Under the pieces are notes generated by a model that did no database searches, was not told where the DNA came from, and saw only the letters and a program-made list of their open reading frames with translations. A stretch of DNA of 64,000 bases from Leptogorgia sarmentosa (taxonomy: Eukaryota): contig OZ210884.1 in assembly GCA_964658305.1 (NCBI GenBank), positions 1,674,001-1,738,000 on the forward strand. Reading direction: 5' to 3'. Of the stretch, positions 52,001 through 61,000 are shown piece by piece (the first letter of the stretch is position 1; each line of letters begins with the position of its first letter). The translations under genes and the position numbers were made by a program.

Positions 52001-55000
52001 ATTTGTGGTACATCTTGGTCATTATTTAACCAGTTTCAAACGATTTAAAAAATTTATAATGACTTGCTTTCAACCAAAAACCACGCTTTTGTCTTTCTTC
52101 TTCAACTATAGTCGTTTTTTACTTTAGTCGTTTTTCAACTACACTATTGTGATGAGTGGGGAAAATTCACATCAGTCATCGAGTCATCGAGTCATCGAGA
52201 CATCGAGTCATCACTCATCGAGTCATTCAGTCATAGTGTAAACTCCGGGGGGAGCGTCCCAATTTCTCTTGATGTGCGAAACTCCGTAGTGTACCGATGT
52301 CCTTTCAATTTTTAAGCAGAAATTATCCAATTGTAACGTTATACTATTGTTCATCATTATTTGCAGCTATTCGTATGGATAAGAAATTTAACTAGGGAAG
52401 TAATGTAATCTAAGATGCCTCGAGTTATAGTACACAATGCCGCAAAGCCCCTCCGGAATTTGGATTTTTGCGAAAATTGCAACTCAGCACGTGTTCGTGG
52501 GATGAAATATTTGTGTAATACAATATGGCGGACGCTAAGGAGTGCGACATTGAATCAGTAATGTGGCCAAGTTTCAACAATGTTTGAACATGTTGCCAAA
52601 GCGGTTAAAATGTTATTTGAATATCTGCGATGAATCTAGAAAACAAGTAAGGGTTGTCATGAACAAAAATAGCCATAGCCCATACTATCAACTGCTGCCG
52701 TGGATATTATAAATCTGCATACATTTTTAGTTTGCCGTCTTTAATTTTAAAACCATAATTTTAACGTGTTTGTTTCCATTTGTTCTCGCCATAGTCTCGG
52801 CCTAGCGGTTATGGAAATATTCCCATTCATGTACTCCCAATGTAAAAGAATAATTTACTACAATCAAATTCAGCCAGTTGCTCGCTTTTGCCTTGTAATA
52901 TATTTTAGTCGACTAAATAGACGACATGATTCATGATCATACTGATAGAAAATAGTCAACAGGACAACAGCTTCAGTAAGCTTGGGTTGCTTGTCTAGAT
53001 TCAATTGTTTACATGATTAGTGGCGGCGACTCAGGGATTCTTCAATTTCGCAGCAAGTAGAATTAACTATATATGTAGGCGAAGAAAAGTAAATTTAACG
53101 TTGGCCTAAAATTGTGAGTAGACTGAATTTCCATTACTACGCAGAGGTAGCCTACAGGTTGTACATTTGTTGAGTACTGCATAATCGCCCGTTCGTTGTT
53201 ACACTCCATTTTATTATTATAACGCGTGAAGGTCAGAGGTCAGAGAATCAACAAAATAATGTCGAGCACGCGAAATTTGAACGTGCGTATTTCCTTTTTT
53301 GGCTATAAAATCTTTTAAATTATTTTATTATACTACATCAAGCTTTTCTTTGAGCTGATGTTACATGGAATGATTTTTTAACGGCAATTCGAATCACAAC
53401 AGGGCCGAACAGGCCGCCAAGCGACACCAGCTTTTGCTCGATATCTTCGTAGAAACTTTGCACTATCCTTGGATTCCTAGTTAATGTTGAAAATGGGTAA
53501 AATCTAGAAAGATTCCGATGTAACAACAAAGAGGTTAATCTTATTAATTAACCGAGAAAGCCGAGAAAGCGAAAAAAATAATGTGAATACATTTCAAGAG
53601 AAGCTGAGAGACGTGACCAAGTACTTAGATATCATTCAGTGCAAAATAAAACTTTATTGCAATACACAGCGTGTAAGAGAAGGCGGCTATTAATATTTCA
53701 TGGGCGGTATACTGTCCATTATTTCTCCCCATAGATCCTATGACTTTTTCATTTTTTGCAAGATATTATTTTTTAGTGCAAAATTATTCAACAATTTTCT
53801 TCTGGATGATTAAGTTATAAAATGATTTATTATGGATGATATTGTAAAATTTTCAACTTCATTGCGTTTTTTTATTTGCCAGACAAATTCATAAAAGTTT
53901 TGGAGTAGTGACTTCATTCCAAGGTACTTTCAAGAAAAGCCAATGGTCTTTGGAGTTATCCGCTTTTAACGGGAGTGTAAATAATGGTAGGTTTAGTCAG
54001 CTATATACCCACAGTTCGTTGCATTTATTATTTTGAGCTTTATACTTTTATGCAGATGTCGAACCCTATTAGACAGTAGGCTATAGTTGTTTTTGTGCTG
54101 CCTTTGTTTTTGCGAAGATTGTGGCGAAGTCTCCATTTTATTATTGTTCTTATTATTTCCGTTGCGATGACAGAATCGGTCAACAGTAAACTTTCATCAT
54201 CGACCGACCGGACCATAATAATACATTTATTTACCGTCCATTGAAACAGTAAAATTGGTGTGCGCGCAAGCGCCGGAAATGAAAAACATATCTTGCTTCA
54301 AAGGAAAAACATATCTGCTTGGTTTCCTAGTCGAAACGTGATTTTGTTTGAAAATTCAACTTTGACAATTAGCTATATAACAAAAGTTTTATTTGCTGAA
54401 ACATAGGTGAATAGTAAGTATCGACTGTGCAGTATCCTCCAGTACGGATCGAAGTAACTCTGTGAATAACAATTAATTATTTAATATATGGCAAGCATTT
54501 GTTTTGGGGAAGGGCGCGATCTGATTGGCTGCTGTCAGGGCAAAATTTTCCAGTATTGCCGACTGGCAAAACGGATTTTTTTCTGCCCTGCCAAGAAAAC
54601 AATCACAGAAACTTTAAAATTGAGGAAATTTTATTTAATAAAGTATAAAAGATTAAAATGAGCGACGAGGAGTATTTTGAGAGCGAGTTTTATTACCCAG
54701 AGCTTGACAATGAAGCATACGAACCGTTTTTTGTCAGTTTAAATTTGAGATCATTTTGAAACGCACATATGCCTTATAATAAAAAACTTACTGACTTCCA
54801 ATGCTCGGGCTGTACGGGAAAGTATATCAAACCTCAGTTTGATATTTTCCCGCAAAGCCCTTACTCTCAGTCAGTAAGTTATTATTTATCAATGCAGCGA
54901 ATTGACAGTATTGCTTTTCCTTAAGAACATCATTTGTATAATATATGAAAAAATATTTTGCGAATTTGTTTTTCAGGTACGAGCGTAAACACATCTATTC

Positions 55001-58000
55001 TTCCAACGGTTTGGTCAAAGGTTCGAAGACAGAAATGCATGGGCGACTATTGTCCAGGGGAATATAATGACATGAAAGCTGTTTGCAAAGACGGATACTG
55101 CTACTGCAATGGAAAAGATTACGATTACGATACTTGTTTGCGTAAGTTCTCACCTTGTCATGGTTTTAATTTAAATCAGTGAATTAATTGAATTGTAGGG
55201 CGGGGGAATTTACATTTTCTATAAAACATTTTGTTTTTATGTTATGTGAACAAGAATATAAGATAGTTCCCCCTCTTTCCTTTACCGCTAAGTGTTGTGC
55301 CTATTACATAACTGTATTAACTTCAGGTAATGAGGTGCATCTATCTGGTCCTATCTCAAGCCAAAAAAATTAATATCGAAAAGGTTTTAATTTTGAAAAG
55401 AATTTAACATGAGAATAACATAAAGCAAGACAGTACATGAATATGGAATGAACGTGACAAGAAAATCACAAGAAAATCTCATGAACATCTCATGAACGTA
55501 TAAGAAATTCGTAAAATGATCGAAAATTTCCTATGATATTAAGAAGCTAGTACGGGTTGTTTCCCGGACTGGGCAATTTTATCTATTTCATCTGCCAACA
55601 TAATTATCCAAGATAATTAGGCAAGTTACAATTTGTTTGACAATCTTTCTTTTGCAATCTATGCTTTACCATATTTGCGTACCCATGAGGCAAACATTTG
55701 CATGTCATTTCTACTAAGACGTTTCAGAAAAGTGCGACTAAGAGTTTTTCTCTTTTTTGCGTTAGGTAAAATTCTTTTCAGAATACGTTTTTCTAGGGTA
55801 TTAAATGAGTATTCAACATCCGCTTCCTCGGTCACTTGAATGCCTCGTGACACCGTAACACTTCAATAAACAATTTTCTTTCCCCTAGCTGATGCTTATG
55901 GATGTAAAATTGTTGCAAATTCTGATAGCACGTACACTTGTACTCCTGATAACAATTCACCAAAGTACGAGATTCACGTACTGGCTGTGTACGCGGCTAC
56001 CAGCGGACGTCCTTCAACAGCTGCTAATGCCAGTGTCGACATCATCAGTCGTGGAAAATCCAACAGACCAATTATACTTGTTCTCAGTAGCTCCGAAGCT
56101 GTGAATTGGGTTCTTAATATACCATCTCACACAACTATCGCAAAAATAATCCTGGTTAGTACAGTAAGGTCAGAGGCGAAGCGAAGGGTATACATTTGGG
56201 GGGGGGGGGGGGGGTTTGCGAGATTAGTTTTTGGGGTCAGAAGGGCGTGGCTACGGCGTGGTTTGGGCGTGGATGAACTACACCATAATTATTTTAATAA
56301 AGGATTATACGATATATAATTGGTTGAGAGTGAGAACTATTTATTTTCAGAATACGGGAAACAATTTCTTAAAATACATGGTAAAATATTAAGTCTCAAA
56401 GTTTTGAGAAATAGCATGTTCACTTAAGCCACCTATACACTTCACACTCAGATTGGCGACAACAAGTTTCATGTGTCCACGAACATAGTGGATGATATTA
56501 CGCCTTTGAGTAAGGTAGTGCCGTCATGTCTATTTTGTTTAAGAGGACATTTTTTCTAACACGCAAAAACCGAAATCTTTTTGGATTCTCAAAATGAAAT
56601 TTTTCTATGATTATTTTCTGGATGGAACAGTTTGCTACTTGGCAAACCGCGTTTGGGGTTTCTGAAAGTTAAAGGAATATAAAAATTAAGAGCGTGAATG
56701 TGCGTATGAGCGACGCAACCATGCAGTTGGAAGAATTTGTTTATAACCGTGCATTGAAGTAATATTTCAACCTAATTTTCTATTGGGCGTACTCTCCAAA
56801 ATCTTTTTACTTTGGTTTGATATCATAATTTATGAAGCCATTTAAGTTAGTCTGACATGTGAGAAACCTGAAAATTCAAAATTTTATGAATTTTCATAAT
56901 CTTGAGTATTGAGCGCGAAATACGTGCATGGAGAAAATCTTCGTCTTAGCTGATGAGTTTGCCGTATCAATGATAAACGCATCTTGCCGGAGATTCTCCT
57001 ATGATTTTGCAGTGTTTTCATTTTGATTGTTATTATTACAATGTTTTAACTTACCATTCCTACCACCCAATGGTATATTTATTATTCTCAATATACAAAT
57101 TTAAAAATGTAATTCTCAACAATATGAGTATATACATTCTCTTCTTTATGTTAAAATGGTAATGTTTAAATGCAGGAATGTGTATTTGTTATTGGTTTCT
57201 GTACTTGAAAATTGACATATTTCTTATCCTTAATTTTTCATGTTAATATTTTTTGTAGGTGGCTTACGACATATTAGAAAGTTCGGTCAGCGGTGACGTC
57301 AGTCGAGTGAAAAATGTTGAACGAATTGGAATCAAGAACTCCGAGTGGTCTTGTGGATACGGGAGTGATTCAGATGGATGCCATACAGTTAAGAATTTGA
57401 AGTAAGGAAATAATTAATCTCAGTGCCGGCGCGTCCATTTTCATGTGGGGGGTACAATATAAAATATAGAAATGGTGATATCACGTGTTTTGTGTCGCGC
57501 CATAAAATGCAAAATTCTTAGTGTTGAAACCGACTGCGACATGTAGTTAAAGGTACGTCAGCATACATGTTATTTGCTCTTTTTTGCGTCAACCTTGCGC
57601 CGTTTATTTACATGACAATCGACAAACGAATTCACAAGTCGAAATTTAATGAAGAACTATTACGCGATGCAAAGAAATGAGTCGGACCCAGAATATATCA
57701 GGGCCGTATTAAGTTTTTCTGCGTCAGCGGCATTCGGTGAAGTTTAACTAGGGGCCACGGATATGTTCAGCTAACCGTGCTATTGTGTTGTTATAGAAAG
57801 AATTAAAAGGTCACTATATGCCATATTACTTGGGAGGGGTGGGGGGGTTAATACTCACTTGCTGCCCCCTCCGGTCGCGCTGGCCCTGATTAATCAAGGA
57901 TGTGCTAATCAGGGAAACAATTGATATACTCATTAGTTATCATGCAGTTAAGTTGGAATACGTTCATGACATTCAATTGCATGTAAATGTTACAGGCAAT

Positions 58001-61000
58001 TTGCTCAACAACATATTTTTTGCTTGTTTTTGGATAAAAATTATTCAAAGGCACCGTATTACGTAACAGTATAAAAAAAATGATGAAGACCTCTTTTCGG
58101 GCGAGGAGCAAACCATATTTGTGTTATATCTTGGCCATCTTTCAACCCGTTTCAAACGATTTCAAAAATTTATAATGGCTTGCTTTCAACCAAAAACCAC
58201 GCTTTTGTCTTTCTTCTTCAACTATAGTCGTTTTTTAATGTTGAAAATGGGTAAAATCTAGAAAGATTCCGATGTAACAACAAAGAGGTTAATCTTATTA
58301 ATTAACCGAGAAAGCCGAGAAAGCGAAAAAATAATTTGAATACATTTTAAGAGAAGTTGAGAGACGAGACGAAGTACTTAGATATCATAGAGTGCAATAC
58401 ACTGCGTGTAAGAGAAGGCGGCTATTAATATTTCATGGCCGGTATACTGTCCATTATTTCTCCCCATAGATCCTATGACTTTTTCATTTTTTACAATATA
58501 TTATTTTTTAGTGCAAAATTATTGAACAATTTTCTTTTGGATGATTACGTTATAAAATAATTTATTGTGGATGATATTGTAAAATTTTCACCTTCATTGC
58601 GTTTTTTTATTTGCCAGACAAATTCATAAAAGTTTTGGAGTAGTGACTTCATTCCAAGGCACTTTAAGGAAAAGCCAATGGTCTTTGGAGTTATCCGCTT
58701 TTAACGGGAGTGTAAACAATGGTAGGTTTAGTCAGCTATATACCCACAGTTCGTTGCATTTATTATTTTGAGATTTATATACTTTTATACAGATGTCGAA
58801 CCCTATTAGACAGTAGGCTATAGTTGTTTTTGTGCTACGTTTGTTTTTGCGAAGATTGTGGCGAAGTCTCCATTTTATTATTGTTCTTATTATTTCCGTT
58901 GCGATGACAGAATCGGTCAAGAGTAAACATTCATCATCGACCGACCGGTCCATAATAATACATTTATTTACCGTCCATTGAAACAGTAAAATTGGTGTGC
59001 GCGCCAGCGCCGGAAATGAAAAACATATCTTGCTTCAAAGGAAAAACATATCTGCTTGGTTTCCTAGTCGAAACGTGATTTTGTTTGAAAATTCAACTTT
59101 GACAATTAGCTATATAACAAAAGTTTTATTTGCTGAAACATAGGTGAATAGTAAGTATCGACTGTGCAGTATCCTCCAGTACGGATCGAAGTAACTCTGT
59201 GAATAACAATTAATTATTTAATATATGGCAAGCATTTGTTTTGGGGAAGGGCGCGATCTGATTGGCTGCTGTCAGGGCAAAATTTTCCAGTATTGCCGAC
59301 TGGCAAAACGGATTTTATTCTGCCCTGCCAAGAAAACAATCACAGAAACTTTAAAATTGAGGAAATTTTATTTAATAAAGTATAAAAGATTAAAATGAGC
59401 GACGAGGAGTATTTTGAGAGCGAGTTTTATTACCCAGAGCTTGACAATGAAGCATACGAACCGTTTTTTGTCAGTTTAAATTTGAGATCATTTTGAAACG
59501 CACATATGCCTTATAATAAAAAACTTACTGACTTCCAATGCTCGGGCTGTACGGGAAAGTAAGTTTTCCCGCAAAGCCCTTACTCTCAGTCAGTAAGTTA
59601 TTATTTATCAATGCAGCGAATTGACAGTATTGCTTTTCCTTAAGAACATCATTTGTATAATATATGAAAAAATATTTTGCGAATTTGTTTTTCAGGTACG
59701 AGCGTAAACACATCTATTCTTCCAACGGTTTGGTCAAAGGTTCGAAGACAGAAATGCATGGGCGACTATTGTCCTGGGAAATATAATGACATGAAAGCTG
59801 TTTGCAAAGACGGATACTGCTATTGCAATGGAAAAGATTACGATTACGATACTTGTTTGCGTAAGTGCTCACCTTGTCATGGTTTTAATTTAAATCTCTG
59901 AATTAATTGAATTGTAGGGCGGGGGAATTTACATTTTCTATAGAACATTTTGTTTTTATGTTATGTGAACAAGAATATAAGATAGTTCCCCCTCTTTCCT
60001 TTACCGCTAAGTGTTGTGCCTATTACATAACTGTATTAACTTCAGGTAATGAGGTGCATCTATCTGGTCCTATCTCAAGCCAAAAAAATTAATATCGAAA
60101 AGGTTTTAATTTTGAAAAGAATTTAACATGAGAATAACATGAAGCAAGACAATACATGAATATGGAATGAACGTGACAAGAAAATCACAAGAAAATCTCA
60201 TGAACATCTCATGAACGTATAAGAAATTCGTAAAATGATCGAAAATTTCCTATGATATTAAGAAGCTAGTACGGGATGTTTCCCGGACTTGGCAATTTTA
60301 TCTATTTCATCTGCCAACATAATTATCCAAGATAATTAGGCAAGTTACAATTTGTTTGACAATCTTTCTTTTGCAATCTATGCTTTACCATATTTGCGTA
60401 CCCATGAGGCAAACATTTGCATGTCATTTCTACTAAGACGTTTCAGAAAAGTGCGACTAAGAGTTTTTCTCTTTTTTGCGTTAGGTAAAATTCTTTTCAG
60501 AATACGTTTTTCTTGGGTATTAAATGAGTATTCAACATCCGCTTCCTCGGTCACTTGAACGCCTCGTGACACCGTAACACTTGAATAAACATTTTTCTTT
60601 CCCCTAGCTGATGCTTATGGATGTAAAATTGTTGCATATTCTGATACCACGTACACTTGTACTCCTGATAACAGTTCATCAAAGTACGAGGTGCATGTAC
60701 TGGCTGTGTACAAGGTTATCAACAGACGTCCTCCAACAGCTGGTGATTCCAACGTCAATATCATCAGTCGTGGAAAATCCAACAGAGCTATTGTGCTAGT
60801 GCTTGGCAGTTACGAACCTGTAAACTGGATTCTCGATATCCCTTATAATATTTCCATTAGCAAAGTTATACTGGTTAGTAGCTATACACAAATACATTGC
60901 CAAAATAAAATTAAGGCTTATTAACCTAGTACGAGGTCTGTACGGTAAATTATTGCCTGAGTGTTTTCGTGCTAACAATTGCAAACCGAGCGACGATGGA

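Larger units (their letters stand above)
43133..60690 (+). repeat. Three near-identical intragenic tandem duplication units (~4.7-kb core): 43133-49856, 49857-55888, 55889-60607
   Basis: Introns are nearly identical between units; length differences are explained mainly by unit-specific insertions. Confidence 0.95.
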
